Shown here: piece after piece, positions 27,352-37,059 of the stretch | Layout of the letters: each line of letters opens with the position of its first letter | Numbering within the stretch: the first letter of the stretch is position 1 | From: an uncultured Alphaproteobacteria bacterium | GTDB taxonomy: Bacteria > Pseudomonadota > Alphaproteobacteria > HIMB59 > GCA-002718135 | Assembly: GCA_902593125.1 (NCBI GenBank) | Contig: CACJGU010000002.1 | Span: forward strand, 73,274 to 137,273 | Reading direction: 5' to 3' | Length of the DNA stretch: 64,000 nucleotides | Notes under the pieces: generated by a model | The model's input: the letters and a program-made list of their open reading frames with translations, nothing else | What the model was told of the DNA's origin: nothing | Database searches by the model: none | Translations under genes and position numbers: made by a program

Positions 27352-30300
27352 ATGAAAAAGATTAGCAAAATTTTAGCAGCAAACAGAAGTGAAATTGCTA
27401 TTCGAATTTTTAGAGCTGCCGAAGAGTCTGGTATTAAAACAGCTGCCATATATTCTAAAGAAGATCGTTTTGCTATTCATCGATTTAAAACTGATGAAAG
27501 TTATTTAGTTGGTGAAGGCAAAGGTCCAATACAGGCATATCTCGACATAGACTCCATTATTAAAATTGCTAAAGATGCTAACGTAGATGCGATTCACCCT
27601 GGTTATGGTTTCTTATCTGAGAGTCCTGAACTAGCAGAGCAGTGTGAAAAAAATGACATAACATTTATTGGGCCCAGTAAAGAAATACTAAAAAGATTTG
27701 GAAATAAAACAGAAGCTAAAAAAGTAGCTGAAGAAGCAAAAGTTGGCACCGTTCCGTCTGTTCTTGTAACAAAAGAAAATTTAAAAAATGTTGAAAAAGA
27801 AGTTGAGAAAATTGGTTACCCTGTAATTGTCAAAGCTAGTTGGGGCGGTGGCGGTCGAGGAATGCGTGTTGTTAGATCAAGCAACGAATTAATAGATCAA
27901 ATTACAACTGCTCAAAGTGAGTCACTTAAAGCTTTTGGAAAAGATGAAGTATTTATAGAAAAATTTTTAGAAGATGCTGCGCACATAGAAGTGCAAATTT
28001 TAGGTGACAGACATGGAAATATTTTACATCTTTTTGAAAGAGATTGTTCTCTTCAAAGAAGGCATCAAAAGATTATTGAAAGAGCGCCTGCACATTTTCT
28101 TGAAAATAAAACTCGAGAAGAAATTTGTAGCGCTGCAATTAAAATTGCAAAACAAGTTAAATATTTTGGTGCAGGAACTGTTGAATTTTTATTTGATAAA
28201 AAATCTTGTAAATTTTATTTCATTGAAGTTAACCCAAGAATTCAAGTTGAACATACAGTAACTGAAGAAGTGACTGGTATAGATATAGTAAAAGCCCAAA
28301 TTAAAATTGCAGAAGGTGAAAAAATTGGAAGTCATCCCGCACTTCCAAAACAAGAAGATATTCACCTTAATGGCTATGCGATTCAATGTCGAGTTACTAC
28401 AGAAGACCCCCTCAACAATTTTATGCCGGATTATGGAAAGATCATGACTTATCGATCAGCAGCTGGTTTTGGAGTGAGACTGGATGCAGCTAACGCATCT
28501 TCTGGTTCAATTATTACACCATATTATGACTCTTTACTTGTAAAGGTAACAACTTGGGCAAAACACCAAGACGATTGTATTAAAAGGATGGATAGAGCTT
28601 TACGAGAATTTAGAATTAGAGGCGTTAAAACAAATTTAGTTTTTCTTGAGTCTCTTATTAATAATAAAGATTTCCTTGAAGGAAACTACAATACAAATTT
28701 TGTTGATACTAAAAAAGAGCTTTATGCTTATAATCCTCAAAAAGATCGAGCATCAAAAATAGTATCTTATCTTGGAAATATAATTGTAAATGGACACAAC
28801 GATATATCTGGAAGAGTCAGCAGTAATTCGACTGTAGAGGTTCAAATTCCTATTTCAAATATTAAGAGTGAAAAAAACAATTATGTAAAGGATTTACAAA
28901 CTTTAGGTCCAGAAAAATTTGCAAAAAAAATAAAAGAAACACCATATACTTTAATTACTGATACAACGATGCGTGATGCACACCAATCGCTTCTTGCTAC
29001 AAGAATGAGAACTGATGATATTGTTAATATAGCTGAATATTATAGTGAAAATCTAAGCAATCTATTTTCATTGGAATGTTGGGGAGGTGCAACATTTGAT
29101 ACTTCAATGCGTTTTTTAAAAGAAGATCCTTGGGATAGATTGGAAAGATTAAACAATAGAGCGCCTAACCTACTTAAACAAATGCTCTTTAGGGGATCTA
29201 ATGCTGTTGGATATAAAAATTATCCAGATAATGTGGTCAAACACTTTATTCAACAGTCAGCTAAAGCAGGGATTGATGTTTTTCGAGTTTTTGACTCACT
29301 AAACTTAATTGATAATATGCGTGTTGCAATTGATGAAGTACGCAATCAAAATAAAATTTGTGAAGGAACTATTTGCTATACAAATGATGTTACAGATCCA
29401 CTCGAAAAAAAATATACACTAAAGTATTACATAGATCTTGTTAAAGATTTAGAAAACGCAGGAGCAAATATTATTGCTATAAAAGACATGGCAGGTCTGG
29501 CAAAGCCCAATGCAATAAAAAAACTGGTTAAGGAAATAAAACAAACAACTGATCTACCAATTCATTTTCATACACATGACACATCTGGTACTTCGTCAGC
29601 ATCAGTACTTGCTGCCATAGAAGAAAAAGTAGATATCGTTGACCTTGCAATTGACTCTATGAGTGGTTTAACGTCCCAGCCTGCACTTGGTTCAATTGTA
29701 TCCATAATGAAACAAAATCACCAAGACCCTAATCTTGATGAAGAAGCAATCAGAACACTCTCTTTATATTGGGAACAGGTTCGTCAAAATTATCATGCTT
29801 TTGAAACTGATTTCAAAGGTGGAAGTTCTGATGTGTATCTTCATCAAATGCCAGGTGGCCAATTTACTAACTTGAAAGAACAAGCCAGATCTCTTGGAAT
29901 TACAACTGATAAGTGGGGAATGGTTGCCAATAAATATGCTGAGGTTAACCAACTCTTTGGTGATATTGTTAAAGTGACACCTTCTTCTAAAATTGTAGGA
30001 GATATGGCTCTTTACATGATTGCTAATGATTTAAGTAAAGAAGATGTGTTAGATCCAAAAAAAGAGATTTCTTTTCCTGCATCTGTTATTGAGTTTTTCA
30101 AAGGTGAAATTGGTATACCTCACGGCGGTTTTCCAAAAGAGTTACAAAAAAAGGTTCTTGGAGATTTACAACCATTAACAAAAAGACCAGGGGAAGTTTT
30201 AGAGTCAGTTGATTTAGATAAAGAAATTAAAAAATTAGAAGATGATATTGGAACGAAAGTTAATCAAAAGCACCTTGCTTCATATCTGATGTACCCGAAA

Positions 30301-30792
30301 GTTTTTAAAGACTATGTTGAACATTTTAAGGAGTTTAGCGATACATCAATACTTTCAACTGAATTATTTTTTTATGGTCCTCAACAAGATAAAGAATATA
30401 TTATTGAAATAGACAAAGGAAAAAGTTTAATTCTTAGATATTTGGCAAAAAGTGAAATAAATAACACTGGCTATTGTTCCGTATTTTTTGAAATAAATGG
30501 ACAACCACGAACTATTGACATTGAAAATAAAGAGTTTTCTAAAAATATTGTCCAAAGGGCAAAGGCTGATGATAATAATAAAGATCATGTAGGATCTCCT
30601 TTACCCGGACAGGTAGCAAAAGTTTTTGTTGAAGCAGGTAACAAGGTTATCAAAGGAGATAAGCTTCTAGTCATAGAGGCAATGAAAATGGAGACAACAA
30701 TTAATGCTGAAAAAAGCGGAACCATTAAACTAGTAAACATTTCTTCAGGTGATAATGTTGAAACCAAAGATCTCTTAGTTGAAATTAATTAA
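27352..30792 (+). CDS. pyc: Pyruvate carboxylase (single-chain, biotin-dependent)
   Basis: It contains a biotin carboxylase domain ('KILAANRSEIAIRIFRAA', 'GGGGRGMRVV'), a carboxyltransferase domain ('DTTMRDAHQSLLATRMR', 'HFHTHDTSG') and the biotinyl site 'EAMKMET'. The ATG at 27352 directly follows the track's TTG at 27349. Confidence 0.97.
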   Translation: MKKISKILAANRSEIAIRIFRAAEESGIKTAAIYSKEDRFAIHRFKTDESYLVGEGKGPIQAYLDIDSIIKIAKDANVDAIHPGYGFLSESPELAEQCEKNDITFIGPSKEILKRFGNKTEAKKVAEEAKVGTVPSVLVTKENLKNVEKEVEKIGYPVIVKASWGGGGRGMRVVRSSNELIDQITTAQSESLKAFGKDEVFIEKFLEDAAHIEVQILGDRHGNILHLFERDCSLQRRHQKIIERAPAHFLENKTREEICSAAIKIAKQVKYFGAGTVEFLFDKKSCKFYFIEVNPRIQVEHTVTEEVTGIDIVKAQIKIAEGEKIGSHPALPKQEDIHLNGYAIQCRVTTEDPLNNFMPDYGKIMTYRSAAGFGVRLDAANASSGSIITPYYDSLLVKVTTWAKHQDDCIKRMDRALREFRIRGVKTNLVFLESLINNKDFLEGNYNTNFVDTKKELYAYNPQKDRASKIVSYLGNIIVNGHNDISGRVSSNSTVEVQIPISNIKSEKNNYVKDLQTLGPEKFAKKIKETPYTLITDTTMRDAHQSLLATRMRTDDIVNIAEYYSENLSNLFSLECWGGATFDTSMRFLKEDPWDRLERLNNRAPNLLKQMLFRGSNAVGYKNYPDNVVKHFIQQSAKAGIDVFRVFDSLNLIDNMRVAIDEVRNQNKICEGTICYTNDVTDPLEKKYTLKYYIDLVKDLENAGANIIAIKDMAGLAKPNAIKKLVKEIKQTTDLPIHFHTHDTSGTSSASVLAAIEEKVDIVDLAIDSMSGLTSQPALGSIVSIMKQNHQDPNLDEEAIRTLSLYWEQVRQNYHAFETDFKGGSSDVYLHQMPGGQFTNLKEQARSLGITTDKWGMVANKYAEVNQLFGDIVKVTPSSKIVGDMALYMIANDLSKEDVLDPKKEISFPASVIEFFKGEIGIPHGGFPKELQKKVLGDLQPLTKRPGEVLESVDLDKEIKKLEDDIGTKVNQKHLASYLMYPKVFKDYVEHFKEFSDTSILSTELFFYGPQQDKEYIIEIDKGKSLILRYLAKSEINNTGYCSVFFEINGQPRTIDIENKEFSKNIVQRAKADDNNKDHVGSPLPGQVAKVFVEAGNKVIKGDKLLVIEAMKMETTINAEKSGTIKLVNISSGDNVETKDLLVEIN

Positions 30793-31270
30793 CTAGGCTA
30801 TATTCTTTATAACAAACTTCGAGTGATTTTTTAGTATCAAGTAAATCTCCAAAAGAATCTCTAAATTCAAAATGCTCAACTCTCTTAGTATTAGAGTTTA
30901 ACCCAAAAAACAGAAAGAGCCTGCAAGACTTACTATCATAGCGCATCGTATACACAATGCCGTCTGAGCGAGTTAATTCAGCAGTACCCATTTGACTTTC
31001 AATTTCATTTATTTTTTTTCCAATAAAATTTATTTGAGCTAACTTTTGTTGAGTCTTAACAATAGTTTTTTCCTCCTCTTTTTCTTCTGAAATTATTTGT
31101 TGTTCTTTAACAATTGTATTATCTTCAACTACTTCTACTTCTTCTTTTTGAAATTGGTCCTCTACCTTTTCCTTTACAACATTCCCAACCTTAACTACTT
31201 CTTTTGTAACTTCAATTGTCGTACAAGATGAGAGAAAAAATAATATTACTAAATAAATGAATAACCGCAT
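30785..31270 (-). CDS. Hypothetical lipoprotein
   Basis: It has the lipobox 'FFLSSC', an acidic E/K/V-rich linker and a small C-terminal globular domain. Its 3' end overlaps pyc by 8 nt. Confidence 0.6.
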   Translation of the reverse strand: MRLFIYLVILFFLSSCTTIEVTKEVVKVGNVVKEKVEDQFQKEEVEVVEDNTIVKEQQIISEEKEEEKTIVKTQQKLAQINFIGKKINEIESQMGTAELTRSDGIVYTMRYDSKSCRLFLFFGLNSNTKRVEHFEFRDSFGDLLDTKKSLEVCYKEYSLVN

Positions 31271-31305
31271 TGCCCTTAGTTATTTTTCTATATATGTTAT
31301 ATTTT

Positions 31306-31926
31306 ATGATTACAGTAATTAAATCTTCTTTTCTTCAACACAAATTAACTATCCTTAGAAATAAGAAAACTTCAAATACTGTATTTAGGCAAACAATGAA
31401 TGAGGCAAGTTATTTAATTGCAGCTGATGTTTTAAAACATTTACAATTCAAGAAAATCACAATTCAAACTCCCTTAAAAAAAATGCAGGGTTTAACAATT
31501 GGTCAGCCTATTATTTTAGTTCCAATTCTAAGAGCTGGATTAGGATTACTTGAAGGATTTAGTAAATTTTTACCCGATGCAGAAAAGGGCCATATAGGTC
31601 TTTATAGAGATGAACAAACATATGAACCAGTTGAATATTTATTTAAATTACCAAAGCCAAAAAGTAAAAAAGTCATAATTCTGGACCCAATGTTAGCAAC
31701 TGGTAATTCTTCAATTGCAGCTATCAATTTAATTAAAAATAAAGGAGTTACCAATAAAGACATATTTTTAGTTTCATTACTTGCCGCCCCAGAAGGTATT
31801 AAAAATATTCAAAAACACCAAAAAGGCACCCATATATTTACTTGTAGTATTGATACAAAATTAAATAAAAATAAGTTTATAGTACCAGGACTAGGAGACG
31901 CAGGCGATAGGTACATGGGTACTTGA
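31306..31926 (+). CDS. upp: Uracil phosphoribosyltransferase
   Basis: 'HKLTILRNKKT', 'ILRAGLGLLEG', the PRPP motif 'VIILDPMLATGNS' and 'VPGLGDAGDRYMGT' are present. The ATG at 31306 is preferred over the track TTG at 31270. Confidence 0.94.
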   Translation: MITVIKSSFLQHKLTILRNKKTSNTVFRQTMNEASYLIAADVLKHLQFKKITIQTPLKKMQGLTIGQPIILVPILRAGLGLLEGFSKFLPDAEKGHIGLYRDEQTYEPVEYLFKLPKPKSKKVIILDPMLATGNSSIAAINLIKNKGVTNKDIFLVSLLAAPEGIKNIQKHQKGTHIFTCSIDTKLNKNKFIVPGLGDAGDRYMGT

Positions 31927-32043
31927 AGTTATCCATAAAAAAACCTATTATTTATCCATTATCTCATTTTTTAATGCATTTTTTTTATAATAAAATGTTA
32001 TCAATGAGGTATCTATAATTCATATTTAAGGGGGATTTTTGGT

Positions 32044-33021
32044 ATGAAGAAAATTTTAAGTATTTTTACAGTTTCTTTCGCTCTTGTCTTCTCTTCAAGT
32101 GCGTTCGCAAACACAATAGGAGTTGTTTATGACTCAGGTGGAAAATTTGACAAATCATTTAACGAGCTAGCATTCAATACAGCTGAGAGAGTTGTAAATG
32201 AACTTGGCTGGGGTATGATTGAGTTTGAATCTGCAAACGACAATCAGATCGAGCAAGGTATGCGTAAGATTGCTGATAGAGGAGCAACAATGATCGTAGG
32301 AATGGGATTTGCTCAAGCTGATGCAATTGCAGCAGTTTCAGCTGATTACCCAGATATAAAATTTGTTGCAGTTGATGTTTGTTGGTTAGACGATCCAAAC
32401 AACAATATTTATCAAGCTTGTTATAAAGAGCATGAAGGTTCTTTCTTAGTTGGAATGATGGCTGCTATGGCTTCTAAAAGTGGAACAATAGGTTTCGTTG
32501 GTGGAATGGATATTCCTCTGATTAGAAAATTCCAAGGTGGTTATGAGCAAGGTGCACAATATGTAAATCCAGATATATCTGTAATAGCTAACATGACTGG
32601 AACTACAAACGAGGCATGGAATAACCCAACTAAAGGCGCCGAGCTAACAAAAGCCCAAATAGATGGTGGCGCTGATGTTGTTTACCAAGCTGCAGGTGGA
32701 ACTGGAATTGGTGTTTTACAGGCCGCTGCTGATGCTGGCATTATGGCTATTGGTGTTGACTCAAACCAAAACTGGATGCATCCAGGTACCATGCTTACTT
32801 CAATGTTGAAGAGATTAGATCTAACAATTTTTGAACAAGCTAAAAATGTTGAGTCAGGTAGATTTGAATCTGGCATAAACATTCTTGGTCTTTCAGAAGG
32901 AATGCTTGGGTATGCAACTGAAGATGGAATGGTAACATCTGAAATGGCTGCTGCTGCAGATGCTGCTGCTGCAGACATTGCGAGTGGTGCTCTAGTTGTT
33001 GCTGATTGGTCACAAGAGTAG
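32044..33021 (+). CDS. BMP-family (PnrA/Med-like) nucleoside ABC transporter substrate-binding protein
   Basis: It has a signal peptide, 'GVVYDSGGKFDKSFNE', 'GFVGGMDIPLIRKF' and 'GVDSNQ'. A strong SD (AAGGGGGA) and biased codon use suggest high expression. Confidence 0.85.
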   Translation: MKKILSIFTVSFALVFSSSAFANTIGVVYDSGGKFDKSFNELAFNTAERVVNELGWGMIEFESANDNQIEQGMRKIADRGATMIVGMGFAQADAIAAVSADYPDIKFVAVDVCWLDDPNNNIYQACYKEHEGSFLVGMMAAMASKSGTIGFVGGMDIPLIRKFQGGYEQGAQYVNPDISVIANMTGTTNEAWNNPTKGAELTKAQIDGGADVVYQAAGGTGIGVLQAAADAGIMAIGVDSNQNWMHPGTMLTSMLKRLDLTIFEQAKNVESGRFESGINILGLSEGMLGYATEDGMVTSEMAAAADAAAADIASGALVVADWSQE

Positions 33022-33039
33022 ATACTAAAATAAATATTT

Positions 33040-33078
33040 GGTGAGACCAAAGATTAATAAATAATTTATGGTCTCACC
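33040..33078 (+). promoter_or_regulatory. Intercistronic hairpin sequestering the ATPase start codon
   Basis: This is a perfect 10-bp inverted repeat, GGTGAGACCA (33040-33049) and TGGTCTCACC (33069-33078), with a 19-nt loop. The right arm contains the TG of the ATG at 33068 and codons 2-4. Confidence 0.55.
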
Positions 33079-34588
33079 TATCTTAGAATTAACGGATGTA
33101 AATAAATCATTTGGTCATGTTCAGGCCAACAAAAATATTAATCTCAAAATAAATAAAGGAACAATTCACGGCATAATCGGCGAAAACGGAGCAGGTAAAT
33201 CTACTTTGATGAGTATAGTCTTTGGTCTTTACCAAGCTAATTCGGGTTCAATTAAGATTAATGGAAAAGAAATTAATTTAAGATCACCAAGAGATTCAAT
33301 AATAAACGGCATTGGAATGGTTCACCAACATTTTATGTTGGTAGAAAATTTTACTGTACTTGAAAATATTATTCTTGGTTTTGAAGGTGAAACAGTATTT
33401 GGAGAAAAATTACAAAAGGCAAAAGAAGATTTAGAAAAATTATGTCAAACCTATAATTTTAATATTGATCTTGATGCTACTATTTCAGATTTATCTGTAG
33501 GTTTTCGTCAAAGAGTGGAAATATTAAAATCTTTATACAGAGGAGCAGAAATTTTAATTCTTGATGAGCCAACAGGAGTGCTTACTCCTCAAGAAGTTGA
33601 TGAATTATTTAAAATTCTTCGTTCATTAAAAGATGAAGGTAAAACTATAGTATTAATTACGCATAAATTGATTGAAATAATGGATTTAACAAGCGAAGTA
33701 TCAGTGATGCGTCAAGGCGAAATGGTTGGGCATACAAAAACTGAAGATACAAGCAAAGAACAATTAGCCGAAATGATGGTAGGAAGAAGTGTCTTGCTTA
33801 GAGTTGATAAAAAAGAAATAAAAAAAGGAGAGACCGTATTTAAAGTTAACAATCTTTCAGTGAAAGACGATCTAGATGTAACGCGTGTAAAAGATGTAAA
33901 CCTAGAAATATGTTCAGGAGAAATTCTGGGTATTGCTGGTGTAACTGGTAATGGACAAACTGAATTATTAGAAGCTCTTTCAGGGATTAGAAAAGTAGAG
34001 TCTGGAAGTATTGAATTATTTGGTGAAAAAATTTCTGATCAGAATAATTTCTTAAACCCAAGAATGCTTAAAGAAAAAGGTTTAGCACACGTACCTGAAG
34101 ACAGGCAAAGAATGGGTTTAATAAGCGATTTCAAGGCTCATGAAAATTTAATTTTTGGTTATCATGATCAAGAGCCATATTCAAAATCTGCAATTTTGAA
34201 CAATAAAGAAATTACTGAATATTCAAATAAGGTCATGCAAGAATATGATGTTAGACCCAATTCTCCAAACTTAATAACATCTAATTTTTCAGGAGGTAAT
34301 CAACAAAAAATTATTTTGAGTAGAGAGCTTAATGAAAATCCAAAAGTTCTTTTAGTGGGGCAGCCAACAAGAGGTGTAGATATTGGAGCAATCGAGTTTA
34401 TTCATCAACGTCTTATTGATATGAGAGATAAAGGTGCAGCAATACTATTAGCATCAGTTGAGTTAGATGAAATACTGTCCTTATCTGACAGAATAATCGT
34501 TATGTTTGATGGTAAAATTGTTGGAGAAAAGGAAAATAAAAATGTCACTGACCGTGAACTAGGATTACTTATGGCCGGTGTTGCGTAA
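33068..34588 (+). CDS. ABC transporter ATP-binding protein (duplicated ATPase, sugar/nucleoside type)
   Basis: It has two NBDs: 'GENGAGKST' with 'LILDEPT', and 'GVTGNGQTEL' with 'LSGGNQQK...LLVGQPTRGVD'. Confidence 0.92.
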   Translation: MVSPILELTDVNKSFGHVQANKNINLKINKGTIHGIIGENGAGKSTLMSIVFGLYQANSGSIKINGKEINLRSPRDSIINGIGMVHQHFMLVENFTVLENIILGFEGETVFGEKLQKAKEDLEKLCQTYNFNIDLDATISDLSVGFRQRVEILKSLYRGAEILILDEPTGVLTPQEVDELFKILRSLKDEGKTIVLITHKLIEIMDLTSEVSVMRQGEMVGHTKTEDTSKEQLAEMMVGRSVLLRVDKKEIKKGETVFKVNNLSVKDDLDVTRVKDVNLEICSGEILGIAGVTGNGQTELLEALSGIRKVESGSIELFGEKISDQNNFLNPRMLKEKGLAHVPEDRQRMGLISDFKAHENLIFGYHDQEPYSKSAILNNKEITEYSNKVMQEYDVRPNSPNLITSNFSGGNQQKIILSRELNENPKVLLVGQPTRGVDIGAIEFIHQRLIDMRDKGAAILLASVELDEILSLSDRIIVMFDGKIVGEKENKNVTDRELGLLMAGVA

Positions 34589-35709
34589 TGAGTAACATAG
34601 TAGTTGATAAATCCAAGGTACCATGGTGGGTGTCTAACGTAATCGTACCTTTAGTAAACTTAACATTAGCATTATTAGTATCAGGTCTGTTTATTTTTAT
34701 AGCAGGTGAAAATCCAATAGAGGCTGTTAAGTTAATTATTTATGGATCATTTGGTTACATCCAAGGATTTGCTTATACACTTTATTACACAACAAATTTT
34801 ATTTTTACTGGACTAGCTTTTGCTGTAGCCTTTCATTGCAGACTTTTTAATATTGGTGGGGAAGGGCAAGCGTATATAGGTGGTCTTGGTGTTTTTTTAG
34901 TAGCAATAAATTTAAGTTTTCTTCCAATTCCAATTGTCTGGCTTTTATCAATTTGTGGAGCTTTCTTATTTGGAGCGGCTTGGGCTTACATACCAGCTTA
35001 TCTTCAATCAAAAAGAGGAAGCCATGTTGTCATTACCACAATAATGTTTAATTTTATTGCTTCATCTTTAATGATTTTCTTACTTGTAGATGTGATTAGA
35101 GATACAAATCAAATGGCCCCACATACTGTTAAACTACCTGAAGCAATCTGGCTTCCCAGTTTTGAAGCATTTTCTGGTATCCTTGGCATAAAGATAAGGT
35201 ATTCCCCTCTTAATCTTACTTTTTTATTAGCTATTGCTTCTTTATTCTTTGTTTGGTTTTTAGTATGGAAAACAAAATGGGGTTATGAGATGCGAGCTGT
35301 TGGTCACAATACTCAAGCAGCGATCTATGCAGGTATATCCCCCCACAAAAATATTATTATAGCTATGTGCATTTCAGGAGGTCTAGCAGGGTTGCTTGGT
35401 GTTAATGAAATTCTTGGAGTAAGTCACAAAATACAAGCCGGCTTTCCAGCTGGATATGGTTTTACTGGAATCGCGGTAGCTTTGATGGGTAGAAATCATC
35501 CAATTGGAATTTTACCCGCTGCATTTTTATTTGGAATTTTGTACCAAGGTGGTTCAGAAGTAACATTTGAGATGCCTAATATCACTAGATACATGTTTGT
35601 TGCTGTTCAAGGCTTGATAATTTTATTTAGCGGAGCGTTAGAAAACTTATTCAGACCACAAATTGAAAGTTTTTTTGTAAGAAGACTTAATAAAGAGGTA
35701 AATGCATAA
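34588..35709 (+). CDS. ABC transporter permease (nucleoside/sugar BPD type)
   Basis: It is polytopic, with 'FNIGGEGQAYIGG' typical of the RbsC/PnrC-like family. It shares an ATGA-type junction with the ATPase gene. Confidence 0.88.
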   Translation: MSNIVVDKSKVPWWVSNVIVPLVNLTLALLVSGLFIFIAGENPIEAVKLIIYGSFGYIQGFAYTLYYTTNFIFTGLAFAVAFHCRLFNIGGEGQAYIGGLGVFLVAINLSFLPIPIVWLLSICGAFLFGAAWAYIPAYLQSKRGSHVVITTIMFNFIASSLMIFLLVDVIRDTNQMAPHTVKLPEAIWLPSFEAFSGILGIKIRYSPLNLTFLLAIASLFFVWFLVWKTKWGYEMRAVGHNTQAAIYAGISPHKNIIIAMCISGGLAGLLGVNEILGVSHKIQAGFPAGYGFTGIAVALMGRNHPIGILPAAFLFGILYQGGSEVTFEMPNITRYMFVAVQGLIILFSGALENLFRPQIESFFVRRLNKEVNA

Positions 35710-36680
35710 TGGAATTTTTGTCTGACATTGCTTCTTTAATTAATTCTACTTTAAGAATATCTACACCTTTAGTTTTTGCTGCCATGGCGGGTATTTTTGC
35801 TGAACGTTCAGGTGTAATTGATTTTAGTTTAGAGGGCAAAATGCTTATGGCCGCATTTGTGGCAGCTGTTGGTTCATACTATTTAGGTAACCCGTGGTTA
35901 GGTTTATTATTAGCTATAATTGTATGTGTGTGTTTATCAATGTTACATGGTTTTGCATCAGTAACACATAAAGGTGATCAAGTAGTATCATGTGTTGCTA
36001 TAAATATTTTAATTATTGGTTTAACAACAGCTTTAGCAGCTGCGTGGTTTGGGCAAGCAGGTCTGACACCAACATTAAATGAAGAGCAACGTTTTCTAGA
36101 AATCCATTTACCTTTTGCAGACTCTGTAAGAGATATCCCAATTATTGGAACACTTTATAGTGATATTTTAAGTGGCCATTATGTATTTGTTTATTTAGCT
36201 TATTTATCAGTCCCAATTGTTTTTTGGATTGTATTTAAAACCAGCTTTGGTTTACGTCTACGAGCTGTAGGTGAAAACCCAAGCGCTGTAGATACTGCTG
36301 GCATTAATGTTTTTGCTATGAGGTATAAGGCCCTTGCCGTTAATGGTGTACTAATTGCTTTTGCCGGTGCTCATTTATCAACTGCCGTTAATGCAAATTT
36401 CTTCAGAGAAATGTCAGCTGGTAGAGGATACTTAGCTCTAGCAGCAATGATATTTGGAAAGTGGCACCCTAAAACAGCTTTAATTGCTTGCTTGCTTTTT
36501 GGATTTACAGATGCTCTTCAAATCAGACTTCAAGGTGTTGAACTACCTGCAATCGGTGAGATACCTGTTCAATTAATACAGGCACTTCCGTATATACTGA
36601 CAGTAGTATTGCTTGCTGGTTTTGTAGGTAAAGCTATTGCGCCTAACGCTATTGGACAACCCTATATTAAAGAAAGATAA
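35709..36680 (+). CDS. ABC transporter permease (second subunit)
   Basis: It is polytopic, with 'ERSGVIDFSLEGKM' typical of the partner permease. Confidence 0.88.
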   Translation: MEFLSDIASLINSTLRISTPLVFAAMAGIFAERSGVIDFSLEGKMLMAAFVAAVGSYYLGNPWLGLLLAIIVCVCLSMLHGFASVTHKGDQVVSCVAINILIIGLTTALAAAWFGQAGLTPTLNEEQRFLEIHLPFADSVRDIPIIGTLYSDILSGHYVFVYLAYLSVPIVFWIVFKTSFGLRLRAVGENPSAVDTAGINVFAMRYKALAVNGVLIAFAGAHLSTAVNANFFREMSAGRGYLALAAMIFGKWHPKTALIACLLFGFTDALQIRLQGVELPAIGEIPVQLIQALPYILTVVLLAGFVGKAIAPNAIGQPYIKER

Positions 36681-36747
36681 TTATTATTTCATTTTAATAA
36701 TTTTTAAACTTTTTAACCCTATATATATAATAAAAAAAGGAGCTAAT

Positions 36748-37041
36748 ATGTTAGTTAAATTAACTCAAGATTTAAAAAATGGTTTCGGGCCTTGGAAAGA
36801 AATGCTTCTTGCAAATGGTCATAAACTTAAAGAACATGGTATGACTTGTATATTTGCAGCTACTGAAAAAGATAATGATAACAAGTTAACTGTTATTATA
36901 GATTTTGCTACACCTGAGGGCATGATGGGTTTCAAAAATGATGAAGAATTAACACAAAGAAGAATTGAAGCTGGTGCTATGGTAGAAACTACAGTAATGA
37001 CACCAATGACTTCTGAAGCAGTCACTAATTTTTCAGGTTAG
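36748..37041 (+). CDS. Small hypothetical protein (97 aa)
   Basis: The ATG at 36748 is preceded by AAAGGAG. The track ORF start at 36637 lies inside the permease 3' end and is unlikely. I recognise no family. Confidence 0.55.
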   Translation: MLVKLTQDLKNGFGPWKEMLLANGHKLKEHGMTCIFAATEKDNDNKLTVIIDFATPEGMMGFKNDEELTQRRIEAGAMVETTVMTPMTSEAVTNFSG

Positions 37042-37059
37042 TTAAGAAAGGAAAGAGAT

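Noticed and set aside
31927-32043. A purine or nucleoside riboswitch upstream of the BMP nucleoside transporter. A direct repeat TTATCCAT x2 was also noted.
   Set aside because: No purine-riboswitch core (the conserved loop/junction sequences) or convincing stem architecture could be found by eye. The 8-nt repeat is not distinguishable from chance in AT-rich sequence without comparative data.
32682-33050. A 122-aa Ala-rich minus-strand ORF, plus the similar shadow ORFs 21791..22108, 24687..24977 and 38656..38910.
   Set aside because: All lie opposite the higher-GC, well-supported genes (BMP binding protein, dnaJ, S8 protease, katG), where reduced stop-codon frequency creates long antisense frames.
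36637-36747. The track start (TTG 36637) of the small ORF, lying inside the permease 3' end.
   Set aside because: The extension is hydrophobic, AT-driven sequence. A clean AAAGGAG-N6-ATG lies at 36748.
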